Shown here in pieces: positions 50,901-64,000 of a stretch of 64,000 nt of DNA. Under the pieces are notes generated by a model that saw only the letters and a list, made by a program, of their open reading frames with translations, was not told the DNA's origin and searched no databases. The DNA is from Marsupella aquatica (lineage: Eukaryota; Plantae; Marchantiophyta). The stretch lies in contig OZ316892.1 of the NCBI GenBank assembly GCA_973895155.1, positions 13,513,270-13,577,269 of the forward strand, in the 5' to 3' direction. Every line of letters starts with the position of its first letter. Position 1 is the stretch's first letter. Made by a program: the position numbers and the translations under genes.

Positions 50901-51731
50901 TTGTTTGCTAATGTTTAATGTTAGGTTAGAATGGACTTTAAAGTCACAGTTTTGTTTCTCTGATGTGGCCGTACCTCATCTCGGATATTTCATTTAAAAA
51001 ACCTGGAAGTCTTGGAATGAACATTTTGTTGTAATAACACTGGTTGTCCAACAGGTAGTAGAGTACATTGGAGAGATTGTGGGGCTACGCGTTGCAGACA
51101 AACGGGAGGCTGACTACCACTCTGGAAAGCGAATGCAATATCAGGGCGCTTGCTACCTTTTCAGAATTGATAGGGAGAGGATCATAGATGCCACCCGGAA
51201 AGGTGGAATTGCTCGATTTGTCAATCATTCATGTTCGGTATAATACCTCCTATCAGCTGGTTTATTGGATTCATTAAGCGCTTTTGGCCGTATGTACAAT
51301 TGAACTTATTTATCTTGTTCGGAGACTGAGTACTTTTCACAAGGATGGATGGTGTCAGTGTTTCATGTAGGTCTTACTGATGTTGGTTGGTTGGGGTTGA
51401 TGAACAGCCAAACTGTGTGGCGAAGGTGATCTGTGTCAAGAATCAGAGCAAGGTCTCGTCTCGACCACTTTTTGAATTTCTCCATCGCACAGCCTCAAGT
51501 TTTGCAACAGTTAAATGTACTTTCTCGAAATGTTGAATTGAATTGTGAATCGTTTCTTCAATGTCTGGCCTAATTGCTTTTCATGTTGGCATGCAGGTTG
51601 TATTCTTTGCACAGCGAGATATATATGCCGGTGAGGAAATTACTTATGATTATCAGTTTAATTTTGAGCAGGAGGGTGATAAGATTCCTTGTTTCTGTGG
51701 CTCAGCGACCTGCAGAGGTACTCTGAATTGA
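32952..51731 (+). CDS. Large trithorax/SET1-like histone-lysine N-methyltransferase (Tify-binding-like N-domain, PHD plus extended PHD, SET, post-SET), ~2,500 aa
   Basis: Exons 32952-33038, 34883-35645, 36098-36186, 36436-36537, 36881-37571, 37820-37990 (or 37882), 38278-38730, 40244-40382, 40547-43960, 44162-44381, 44523-44606, 44708-45190, 45823-45918, 47067-47243, 47384-47566, 47861-47971, 51055-51237, 51408-51452, 51597-51731; phases are consistent. Motifs: [17 protein letters not shown]; CCVC...VHQACYG...WFCRTC; WVHMVCALW; GACIQC...FHPWCA; CARTEGY; [10 protein letters not shown]; VVEYIGE; [21 protein letters not shown]; GEEITYDY; [15 protein letters not shown]. Confidence 0.92.
36770..36823. 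repeat. 11-bp intronic tandem repeat (GCTGTTTTTTA) x~5
   Basis: gttttttagctgttttttagctgttttttagctgtttttttagctgttttttag. Confidence 0.9.
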
Positions 51732-51919
51732 AGAATCTGATGGGGCATTCGATGATTGGAAATAGATTTTCTGGAGATGCACAGAAAATTCTTTATGCAT
51801 AGACTGCCAAATTGTAATGTTGATAGGCTTTTAATTGAAATTAGTCAACACCCATAATTCAGCTCTCAAGAGCAGCAGCTCCTGTATACGAAGTCGCTAG
51901 AAGTATGCGATGTCATTGG

Positions 51920-51949
51920 TTCACTTCACTTCACTTCACTTCACTTCAC
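51920..51949. repeat. (TTCAC)6 microsatellite in the SET gene 3' region
   Basis: ttcacttcacttcacttcacttcacttcac. Confidence 0.92.
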
Positions 51950-54038
51950 TGAAATGGAATCTTTGTATATCTTATTACATTGCATCTGTGCTTCTTATGG
52001 ATTCTGGTGGGCACTTGAACATGTCAGCGCCTCCTGAGAGTCCGACGATCGATGAATGTCAACTCTGTGAATGACCAAACAACCCTATTTATCAGCGAGG
52101 AAAGGCCAAATTTTGTCAGAGATAGTTTATCTGTATGCTTAATTGAGCCTCTCGTCTATAAATCAGGGTCAATTCTAGCATTCTCAAGAAAACAAACGAC
52201 ATCAAAATAAACAAATAACCTGCCTTTTGAAGATATTCAGAAGCTGTGCGGTGACCACAAAATCTGTCTTTGATGAATGGTTTAGGTCTTGACCCCCCTG
52301 GCGTTACCGTAGTGTGGGTGACTTCCCCCAGTCGGTTGGATCTAGTATTGTCCACCCTTGTGGGCTACTTGTTTATGTGTTTTCGTTTCTCTTTGTGGAT
52401 TTCTAAATACAACTTACTCGAGGCACAACACAAGGTCTGTCACTTCTGTGGTCTAAGAACGCCCTTGATCACGTCTTGGAGTACAAATCCTGGCCTGTAT
52501 CTTGGTTCATCTTATACTTTGGCGTTGACAATAGTTGTAAGGACTCAGAGACAGGATCTATGTTTCTGGGTTTCTGGAGAACGAGACTAGTGGCCGTGGT
52601 TTTTCATGAAGTCATTATCTCAACCTGGACTAATGACCCTCGAGTCATAGTCTGTTGAACAGGCTGAGGACTCATTTTGACATAGAATAAGTTGAATGGA
52701 GAAGTGGGTGCAAATGTTATATGATCACTATGTGTTTCAGTGGTCTGTACTAAGTTGAACTCCGTAAGACCAGAACGACGAAGTTGGAGATCTCAAAATT
52801 TCAGAAGGTACACATCTTAAGTGATTAGCATCTGTTTTGAGCCTGCTGCGTTGTGGCTTTGTAGGCGACGTAAGAGGAATTGGAAGTAGTCTTGGACTCC
52901 CCTTGGATGACTATTGGCTAACAGACCTACAGGACAAGGATGCTCCATGAGCTGCACTTTTAGAAGTCAGGGACAATTTTTAGATTTTGAGAGGGTCTTT
53001 CCTGTCAATGTATGCAACTTTTGCGTTCGGGCAACTTTATTTTGGGAATCGGGAGTTCAGATGCTCACTCTTTCAAGTTTTACGAAAGTCGTTTGTGGGT
53101 TTTACAGTTCACAGTTACCTGGTAGGTTCATGTTCCAGGTACTTTATAGGGAAAATTGTGCACGATTCCTCTAGAATTCGTTGGGAAATCTTCGAACAAT
53201 TCGATAGTGAGTTATTCACGTTTCTCAGGAGCCCTCGTTTTATTTTTCTGGTATTTTAGTACTTTATGCTGATCCGGTAACAGTGAACATGATAAAGTCT
53301 GTAAATGCCGAGAGACGGTCCTAACTGAGGGCAGCTGTCACCCATGCAAGCAGTTGTGAGGCCTCCGCCATCCTTCCCCCACCTTACGCACATTTACCGA
53401 GACCTTCGGTGTTGCAGGAACTGTGCTCAAAACGGAGGCAATCAGATTTTACAGCCTGCCAGAGGCAGAAATATATTCATTGTAAGCAGCTACGCAAGGA
53501 CCACACTGTTATTCTGTAATTTCATCCTATAACCACTACAAATATAGCGCAACACAGAAAGGACTGTATCTGACAACACTGGGACGAATTATGAAAACCT
53601 TTGTGCCGAAAAGTTCCGGTGACACTACCTCATCACGATATTGTCAAGGAAGACAGTGAATTTCTATTTCATACAACGCAAAAGGTATGTAGTAATTTAA
53701 GTGCCTTAATCTGCACTTGATGGACTTGGACACATGAATTAACCTACAAAACTACATTAGGCCAACTCCCCAAAGGAAGCCAACGATGAATGGGTGCTAT
53801 ACGTTAATGAGTGCTATACGTTATGAATCTAATTTCCTACAAATTTAGATATCAATAAAGCTGACACTAGCAAGCAAATCGCGACGAGCATATCTATGGC
53901 AAAAATGTTTGATACAAGTGTGCATCACTGGTACATGAAGTAGCCTGCAACGGCAGAGGCCTGCGTACACTAACCCAGATTTGAACATGCATCTCATAAT
54001 CTGTCCATGAATCGGGCGAATCTGTGTTTGAAAGATCC

Positions 54039-57000
54039 TCATTTTTCAATTCCTTGTTGCAGATATTGAATCAAATCATATCCTGTTGTGGTCCATTTGT
54101 TATATGCATCCTCACATGTCTTAATCATAAAGTTTGCTGCTTCTCTCTCTGTCATTTCTGGATGAAAACGCTTCCTCAAATTGCCGATTGAATCCCCCCG
54201 ACTGAAACAGGGAAGTCCACTGTCCTTCATAAGCAGGACAGTGTTGATAATCCCGTTCATATGCTGCCTTGCAGTCAAATAGCCTTTCACGGACAAGCTG
54301 GATTCCAAACACCCCGCAGTGTGAGGTGACCATACGAATGAGTACTCGAGTCATTGGAAAGAGGTGATTCAGTGCTTCTGTTCTACTAAGCGCAATATGT
54401 ATTTGTATCTTATCCAATTAAATGTGATGTGTTTCTTTTTGAAGATGAGGGTAAGTATTACACACCTCACAAAATGATACCAAGGTTCACTTTTCATGAC
54501 TCCTGATGGATCAAGAAGTTGAGTCATTTCATGGCTCAACTTGAAGTGTGCACTTTCGAACCGCATGTTACCCCCTGGTGATGTCTCTAATATGAATCCG
54601 AAGTCAATATGGACGAGTCGTCCATCCCTGCAAATCCAGAAAAACTACTTAGTACTTTGGGGAAAACACAGCACTTCCTGACGAATGGATGCACCATGCA
54701 CATACCCGGATTTTTCTAACCAAAGAACAATCTGCTGTTGTGCTCTTTCATCCCAAATTCAACAGCCAATCATTCAAGGTCCTAAAACACAACAATATGC
54801 ACTGGATATGCCAGACTGTAAAAAGACAAATTATTGCTGAAGTCGCATTTCCCTGAGCATGAAGACATTAATTTTGGACGCCATGAGGATTTGAATGCCC
54901 GCATCATGAGCCAAGGAGTTGAGCTCAACGATATGTACTTGTCAAAGAGGAGATTCCCATTGTGACGGTCCTTCGGTTGAAGCAGTAGGCTAGCAACTGC
55001 ATAGCCTGCACTGCTCACAATGAAATTTTCTCGAGCTGCTTCAAATGTTTTAGAGCCAATAGCGCCAAAGTCTTGCTGAAAATTGTCCAGCAGCCCACCA
55101 TCAGTGATATCTGCCATCTGGTTGCGGCTACGAGAATTTGGAACAACCTGTTTCATGACAGCAGGAAAGAAGACAGGTTAGTGTAATCTCCACTTCCCTG
55201 ACACCAATCTCTGAAACTAATTGGCAGGATTCGGCAACTGAAGCGTGTCTCCGGTCCCCTCCTAACGGAGACTTTTACTCCAAGAATACTAACTGTTGTC
55301 AATGATTTGATTTATTTTTCTTGACTTTAGTAATGTAACAAGAGACAGAAATGACGATTGCCAGGTTTGGAAACAGTCGGAGGTATTACAAAGCCAGATT
55401 TAAATTGCCGATAAGAATGCAAACCCAAGCAGCACAGGCTGACATCTTTTTAGTGAAAAGCCTTTTACGCAAACCTTTTGGCAATAGCACAGCTATGAGC
55501 GACACTGCTGCCTAGTGTGACGAATCATTCGACTTGTTATGGTGTAAAAATTTCAAAAGAACAATAAATTGAGTGGTTCACATTAGAAAAGTAGGGAAAG
55601 GGAGCTAATCAATGAGTGGGACCTGCGTAGTGGAGAGAACTAAAAACATTGGATCAGAGAGGTAAACTTTAAGAGAGAAAGGTGCCAATACCTCAATTAT
55701 ACCCCTGCCATAGCCGGTGGGGAGAACTCCGTATGGAAACAGGTACAGATTTATACCAACAGCTATATATATGTCTCGAAGGAGGGCAATGACTTGAAGG
55801 GCAAGAACATCTTGCCGGCAATCATCTCCAACCTGACAAACAGATCATCGACAAGCTCACATGGCCAAACCTTTAAGTGTCTGAAAAATCCGAATGGCAC
55901 ATTCTTGCCCCTCGACGATGTCAATGACAGTTCCCTCTAAGAACATAAGAAACCGACTGAAGGATTGACAATTGTTGAGACGTGAATCAAAACTAATTTT
56001 TCACCAGAACTCCAGACCAACGCAGCACAAACCTTAAAGATGCAAGCCTGTTGTCTTATATCATTGGGAGTGCCATCGTTCTCAATTACATCAAATGTAA
56101 TCATTATTGGAACTTTAGCAGCTGATTGCAGCGGAATTCCACTGTCAAGTTGAATGCCTCGAACAAGTTTGTTAGGGGCTGTCGGCAAATATAAGTCCTC
56201 ACTCTCGACCTTGATTTTCTCCAACTCCCTATAAGATGAATTTAAACCAAATCAATTCATGCCGGACACTCAGATAGAATGATTGTTGCAGGTATTCAAG
56301 TGACGCCGAGGGGGGTGCAGCAAAACAAAATGGTAAACGACTTCTGAACAAGAGAAAAGAAACGTACCGGCGGATGCCTGCCCTACGCTCATCTTTTGGC
56401 AAAGGGTACAAAACACCAGAAATAGAAGTAACTTTGTCGAAGAAGCTAAACTCATGAATGAATACATTATGTGCTTCAGGTGTGAAGCTGTCAATAATTC
56501 GTTGTCTGACTTTCGGGACGATATCATATAAATTACTCTGCGCTGACGAGCAAGTTTGTCAGGGACTTCATGTAACGGCAGGTTGTAAACACATCGGTTT
56601 TGAGGCCAAGACAAAGACAACTTCAACTACACACTGGTCGTATTATGCACCTCCTGTAAGAGAATATCTTACGAAGAATTATTGATTCTGGTCAAGAAGG
56701 TAGGTAGATGTAGATATTTTTTGCTACTAGGGCAGAAGTTTCAAATAAAAAGAGAATCTCCAAATCATAGTTCCAATGTATTCGAGGGTCTTAACTAGGC
56801 TCGTAACTACTAAGAGCTGGAGAGGACCATCTCCTGCGCGAATCAAACCCCCTCTAGCTTCAAAACATCAGTTGTGTTGAATAATGCTTCGCAAATTCTC
56901 CTCGTGGTTGATCTACTGTGCAGAGGGGTGGTCCTTGTCATCGAAATTTGTCACCGCCCTAGTTTCATCAACAAATTCTAGTTCTGATCCTAGTTGACAG

Positions 57001-60000
57001 AAGGTGGCCACGACTGCTTAACTGGATGGACAATGATAAATTTATGAGAGATGGTAAAATGATACACGTAACCGCCGGGATTACCTTGGCAACTTCATGA
57101 TGTTCCTTGCTGACTTCCTCCGCGGATGGAGCCTCCTCACCCTCCATTGCACAAAATAAAGATATTATTACATATTAGGATACTAACAAGAAGTAACTCA
57201 AAAAAAAAAAAAAGTAACTCAAAAATCATGGCGCAGATGTGTAAGTTATTATCCATACCTGCAGTTGCCATATCAGTATATGTGCGAAAAGGTTACTTCT
57301 TTGTGCAGCACTCACCAGGTAACCTTCAACAAGGCCCTGTACAGAATAAGAAAGAACGTTATGAGAGTTCTTGCACTTCGAGCATCTGTTCAGACGGATA
57401 AGATGATTGGAAGGACGACTCAGTCAATATGGAACAAATCACATCAGAGTTCGACACCTACAAGACTTAAAGCAGATATCTCAGCCAGATATGCTTCCAC
57501 TGCTAAGTAAAGACTCCACATTATTTTGAGGGCCATAATGGGACAAAAAAAACTCTGGAAGCTCTGTACTAATATTTGACTTCACCAAGAATTCCTGAAC
57601 AACAGCACTCGCCCATACTACAAGATAGGATAATTATTTGTTGGTTATCATAGAGGAGGGGCACTCACTTTTCGGTCATATCGGAGGGATTGTATAAGCT
57701 GTGGCATAAAGAAAGTCACACTCTCTGGAGGATATGTCTCCATTACTCGAAGTACATATGCCATAACCCGATGATGTCCCTGGTAAGCTGGAGTAAGAAA
57801 CTCAAGAGCATCCGCGATTGCACAGGGAGCCCAGTGGGACAGATACTGCAAGACAAATGAGTCTTCCTCAACAGCTTTAGGAGTGACAAAATGTGGAAGG
57901 GCTTCTGGTATGTCAAAAAGTTCAATCAGGTGTCCCTGCAGTCCATGAACAGACAACTTGTCAAACTGAGCACCCTATCCTTGCATGAAACTGGAAACAG
58001 TTTGTTCCCATTCACAATAAGAACACTCAGCCAGAATATATCATGAGCCACATTTACCCATTATCTCAAAGATGACACCCAAGCCCCCCATTGATATCAC
58101 AACCCACGGACGACTTCCTGGCTTTACTGGTACTTCAACTTAAACAATCTTACTGGCACTGGCTAAAGCAGAGTTGACCAACTTTGAAGCAATGAACGGA
58201 ATTCATCCATGCTTCAGAATAGCACAACCCACCTGAACCAGAGAAATAACTTCGTTCTTCAAGGATCCAATGGCAGGGAATCTTGCAACAAGGGACAGCG
58301 CGATCCGAGGATCCACTGACCATGCTGTCTTTGCATATTCTGACCACTGATCACCGCTGACTTTGGCTCGAGGTGCCAATTCCCTGAAAGACATAAAACT
58401 GCTAAGAAACCCTGAAGCGAATAGCAAAACGGAAACAAATGAACCACGTAGCTTTACATGATTGAGTTCAATATGCCCGTTAGTAGCCCAGTGTTTTGCA
58501 AGCCCAGTAGAGAATACGGAAGCGATCTAAGTACTTGTTCAATGGGTTGGCCCATGTCTCGAGCCTGTCTGCTTCACATTCACAAAGCATCAGAAGCAAT
58601 TGTTTGCGCCTCTCATTTTCAGGGTAGTCATCACTGGCTCTTCCCCAAATTGGGTGTGCTGTTCCCACCTGGTTCATATCACCAGGAGCGGACATTTGAG
58701 AAAAGTGTGTCGCGATATGAAAGCCAAAATACTAACAGAGAAAAAACTCAGACACCGTTGTACAGCGAACTGTCTATCCAGAACAACAAATCGGAGCTGT
58801 ACTTACTTACCTGTCCGTTTATGGAGCGTGAACTTGCACCTGCGTGAATCTTCCTCAAAGAAATTTGCTCCTGAGAGTTGCCTGGTGTAATAGTTGCCAC
58901 CAAATGCTGCACGAATATTGCCATGGTTCGTGCTTGCGCTTGAAGACTGCCATCAACATCTGCATCATACCACCCTGGTTGAACTGAAAACCAAGCCAAC
59001 GCAGCTCTGCATCGCACAGAGAGAAGCAAGTCAGAACAGCCACCGAAAGCTTGAACATTTCTTCAGATAACCAAATGACATTCAAGACCCAGACTTTAGT
59101 TAGTGACAAACCTGTATAAACGCTTTTCAAGCAAGGTTGTTCCAGCGGTTCCTACGGTAGGACCAACTTGTGATTGGAAGGAACAATATTTCAGGCCCAG
59201 CAACATGAGAGAGAAAAATGTCCCAGAGGCTGCTGGATGGCAAGAGAAGTGAGTAGTCGATTTTACAGAGCCTTGAAGTAACCGACCAATGAGGAAAAGC
59301 TGCTCATTACTGACATTTCTGACTACCTGCATGTAAACGTATCGGGGCATTATCCAACATATAAATATGAAATAATTTGGTCATAGACCAGAAGAGTGCA
59401 ATACAAGCACTGCAGTAGTTGTTCTTTCATACGAGAGCTACTAACAACTATAGCAATAACGGACCTATCTTAACATGATTTGTTTACATATTCTTGTCAG
59501 GACACTATGGCAAAACCTGTGGAACAAAAAGTAGAGAATACCGTGTGACAATTTTGATTTCTATATGGCATTCTGATCAGATTAGATTCTTCCATTATGA
59601 AAAGACAGCTCTTCAGTATTGGAAGACATGTCGCTGGCATGCACATAAACAGTCGATTATAATCTATGGTAGAGATCATCCATACCTCATATCTATCGAG
59701 AAGAAACCCAAGCCAAACATAATGCGCCTTGATGCCCTGTACTTTATCTCCAACTGGTCCTGGCTCCCCAGGTGTGAGCTGAGGCCTAAGTTTCGCTCCT
59801 GGGCCTGACCTCTTTAGCCCAAATGCAAAGACACCCTTTTCTGCATCAATCGTCCATAGCCAAGCATCCACCAACTCTGCAAGTACACGTGAACCCCATT
59901 GTGGTGCAGCAGATAAAAGCCAAGTCCACACAAATACACCTGTTTCCATAACTTCTGGAGTGAAGATATGAGCTGGGCACCAACATAGGAGGCGAAGTAA

Positions 60001-63000
60001 CTGGTCGGACCCTTCTGAAAATGTTTTCTCCTCGCTTTCCTGTATAAAGTTTGGCAAGAATAAGCCCACCTCATCCACTCTCCCAAGGTTTGGTTGCTAG
60101 CCAGAATTCTTCCCATTCCAGTTTCTGAATACAGTAGGCGCAAGGAGCTGGAGACTCGTCAGGGAGGTTATCCTATGGCTACAATCCCTCTAGTTCGAGG
60201 AGCTTTCAATGTAGACCTGTGGGAATCATGGTGAGACACACGTGTCATGCAAAAATGGAGATGATTGCCCTCATCAACATGTGAGTTTGAGCTATACGTC
60301 AAACAATTCCGAGAAATTTCAGCTTGTATTACCGTTAAATGGGAATAGTTGACTTACTGTGTACGACAGAAGAAGAGCAGCAGCCCTCAAGCAAGCCTCA
60401 CGAAAGGCAGCTGGATCTACAGAAGAACCGCTTTCAGCTGAAACCACAAATTGCTGAAGGAGATGCACAAATCTCGTGGTCAACATCTGATGCAGTATCA
60501 AGTCCTCACCTAGCACTTGACTAGGGACCTTTGTGCTGTCATGGACATTATTTCCAACGCTGTTCAGAGTCCCGGGAGCATGTTTTGTGGGAGTTGAAGG
60601 ACTCACGGTCAGGCCATCCATTCCAGCATAAACCTTCTTCATACCTGCAATCTCCCCTGCACAGTTGGACTTGACGTTTGCACTGATGATTCCTGTTGAC
60701 AGAACATCCATGCTGCCACCTTTGGCTGACACGGGACCTGTTCCAGCCGCTGCAGCTGCAGCCACAAGTACAGCAGGTATGTTGATGTTGCCAGACCATC
60801 CATCTGTCCTTGTAGAGTCCAGGTGAACGTCTGATAGCAGTGACAAGAGGTCACTGGTCTGTGAAGCTTTCTCCCAAGTATTCAGTTTTCGGAATTGTTC
60901 CTGCTCAAGAACAGTCATATAGAAAAATCGATGAGTACTTACACAACTTCGTGTACCGCCACACTGAAGATCAGAACATTGTCTGTGGGACAGGCACACT
61001 AAGACAGGCGTGACCTCTCATACCAACCGAGAGTTAACAACTGCTGCTGACGATCCCAGTCGTTTTGTTCATGCTTGTCAATAACGTTGTAAGCACCCCA
61101 TTCACTTCCTCAAGGGAGCAGACACACGTAGAAGTTTTCTAGAATGATTGAAGTACACTAGTCCAGAGTAGAAAATTTGCCAAAGAACAAAATTATTAGT
61201 ACTTCACTATAAATCTGAAAGAAAATGGGAGTGCTCTTCAGTCAGAGAAGACAATTTGGATTTGAAAGGAAAGCACCTGCAGTAGGCCTTGTATAGTACA
61301 CGGGGCCAAGAGCAGTGCATGCCTGATCCAATCCCGAACTCTTTCATTTGAAACCACTCGCAAAGAAACTATTTCACCAGAACGAGTAGCTGACGCGGGT
61401 TGTGCAATATTCACAACAAGGCCCAAGACTTCATCCAGACATTGAGAATTCCAAAGAATCTGATGGACATCGACAGCAAAGATGAATTAGACCAAGACGA
61501 TCATTAACATTGTTGCAATGATTTATATAAACACGCAATGACCATGTACCTGTGGGAATCTTTTTCTGAATTGGGTCATCAGGCTATCTGCCATATACCG
61601 TACATTCTCATCTCGGTGAGACATAGCTCCAACTAGAAAACTGGCATGGGCCACCAGAATTCCTTCCCTCTCTTCAGCTTGCTCTTCATTACATAGCATT
61701 TTCTCTCCCTGAAACATTGTCAGGATAATATATGAAACAAGGATCACAGACGACCTTCGTCATGGACACTTCTGCAAAAATGAAGACAAATTCTTTAACA
61801 ATTTTCTTATATAGCCTCATAGTTCATTTATGCGGTATAGCGAGCCTATACTTTGTGCATAGTGAAAGGCGAATTACCAGCCATGACAGCGTAGCATTGA
61901 AAGCTTGGTGGACAATTGCTGCAAAGCTTTGTTGAACAATAGGGGGAAGGTCTGGAGTCTCCAAATACTTGAAGGCGCAGTTGAGTGCACTATTATAACC
62001 TCCGGTCAAGCTTTTACTCTCCAGAACTCCTCCACAGCGCCCTAGCCTAAGTATTTCTAAGAGGGCGACTCCCAGTAGATAAGTTGCTTTGACACCTAAA
62101 CTTCCATAATAACAATAGTTGACAGTATATCAGGATCACAAAATCATCTTCAATTGCAGTGAAGGACTAGACGTTCTTAAAAGGTAAAGCTCAAGTACTA
62201 CCCTTGGTGGTCAAATTAAGACTTAGGCCAGATGATTCTAACCACTACAAAAGCCCTAATGATTCAGCGAATCACGCAAAAATTGAAATACCCACGGGCT
62301 ATACACAACACAAGTCGCTCGTAAAAGCTCATCTACAAACTTTACTATTTATAGCTCAAAACCGATGACTTACAACATTTGTTAAATCCAAAGAATTGAT
62401 TTTAGGTATTTTCCAAGGACTTAAGTAAATCAGAATTGCATTGAAGGTGCGAACGGTATAATTGCTTAACGAAAACAACCAATTCCGAGGGTGAACATAT
62501 AAAACTACAACCGATGCAAACCAGATAATCAGTACGCATCCCAACAAAAAAAGCCATCTACCACTCAATCCTGTCTCTCTCCCAAACCCACCCATGCCAC
62601 AAAGGCAATAAACAAATGACTGAGACACGAAAAGCAACCAAGCAATATATTTTTTACTCACTACGCAATTTGACATATTAAAATACAGAACTTCATAAGG
62701 AAATTTAAACCCGCCAATCGATCGGTAGAGACCTGGGAATCGAGATCCTACAGTTAAAGCCACCCCATTCCCAAGTACCTGCACTATACAAATGTTCCTG
62801 CACTACGAAGTCTTGATAAGAAGGCGACATGATAAAGAGACGACGGCTGCTTCAAGAATATTCAATAAGACGATCCAAAATGGATTTGCATCAATTCACC
62901 AAGGATTTGCACCACGTCAGAAGGATTGTGTTCATTTATTTGACGGTAAGTTGAAAGCTAATGTTTGGGGAAAGAGAAGCTCAGAATAAACGATAGTACT

Positions 63001-63770
63001 TCATCAAGCATAGCTGCACGGTACATTGGTGAAGTTTTTATGAAGCTTGCAGCCTTGTTATATCACCTGAAATTGAATTCAAAGCGGAGACTTCAATTGC
63101 TCCTCCAATTGCGACTGAAAAAGCTGTTCGTTGGGTGAGGACAGCTTTGTCATTTGTAATTTCTCTACGACTGCCAGGGTTGTGAAGAGCTTTGAGCTCT
63201 ACTTCGTCCTCCAACCATTTCAAGGCACTAACCACCTAGAGGCATACCAAAGGGTCAGCTCCATGCAGAACACAAGGATATCCAACTACACCAATCATCT
63301 CTATAGAGATCAAACGTCCACATTTAATCGGTTAGAACTGTCTACAACGGAATCCCATATTAACTTTTGACGAGGGAGTGACAATCCTCGAAACGAGGTG
63401 ACATTCACCACATACACCAGAATCTAGAAATGACGAAACCTTCATGATGAATCTTACCAATGGGGGTGTCCCTTTTGTGATCTCTATAACAGCTGCTGAC
63501 CATTGCAAATTCCACCAGGATGGTCCTCTAGCAGCTTGCAATGCAATATTCCCTGCCAAAGTTGAGTTTGCATTTCCTGACAAGCTCGACGATTGGCTTG
63601 AGGGTAATTGTCCATTTTGGACAGCTGGAGCTAAGCCAAAGAGTGCAACATAAAACCACAAATTTCGGAACAGCTTCAACAAAGAGGTTTCCACATCTTG
63701 CGTTGGGTCGAAATCGGAACAGATCTCGGCAATGGCGGGGAGCAGCGGGCCAAAAACTTTGGCTCCAGCT
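54039..63770 (-). CDS. PI4KA: Phosphatidylinositol 4-kinase alpha (type III), 3' part; gene continues beyond 64000
   Basis: About 20 minus-strand exons; checked examples are 63770-63458, 57141-57085, 55147-54939, 54627-54466 and 54297-54039. Motifs: LLKLFRNLWFY, YPPESVTFFMPQLIQSLRYD, SGIPLQSAAKVP, FKVGDDCRQDVLALQ, QPKDRHNGN, VHIDFGFILE, YDLIQYLQQGIEK*. Confidence 0.96.
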
Positions 63771-64000
63771 CTACAGGTCAGATGGCGAGTTAGTGCAGAA
63801 AAGTAATAGTCGTCACCTACTGCATTTATTGTTATCTAAAACACAACAGTCTAATAACAACGAATCTTGAACAGAGCTGAGACAGGAATCACACTCCTGA
63901 TTGATGAAGTCTCCAACGCAACAAACTTTCATCCAATTACGACACTAATAGAGCAGGTCAATTATAGGATTAACATTTGCAGCGACAACAAAGATGATGT

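Overview
Eukaryotic land-plant nuclear DNA with GT-AG introns and about 100-bp to 3-kb intron sizes. The style of the LINE remnant suggests a liverwort (Marchantia/Riccia-like); this is an inference. Six intact protein genes: RAD23 (+, 5' exon outside the window), a single-exon P-class PPR gene (+), a C2H2/atypical RING-H2 gene (-), a seven-small-exon proteasome assembly chaperone PAC3 gene the ORF track essentially misses (+), a ~2,500-aa trithorax/SET1-like methyltransferase (+, 19 exons), and the 3' part of PI4-kinase alpha (-). The 19-26.5 kb intergenic block is a transposon graveyard: a dimeric minisatellite, an LTR-like segment, a decayed Replitron-type HUH transposase and a LINE 3' fragment. 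No CRISPR, rRNA or intact tRNA was seen. The most notable items are the Replitron relic, a cryptic 9-residue repeat of roughly 35 units inside the SET protein, the RNA-type zinc finger plus split RING-H2 protein, and the hidden PAC3 gene. Family assignments come from recalled motifs, not database searches.
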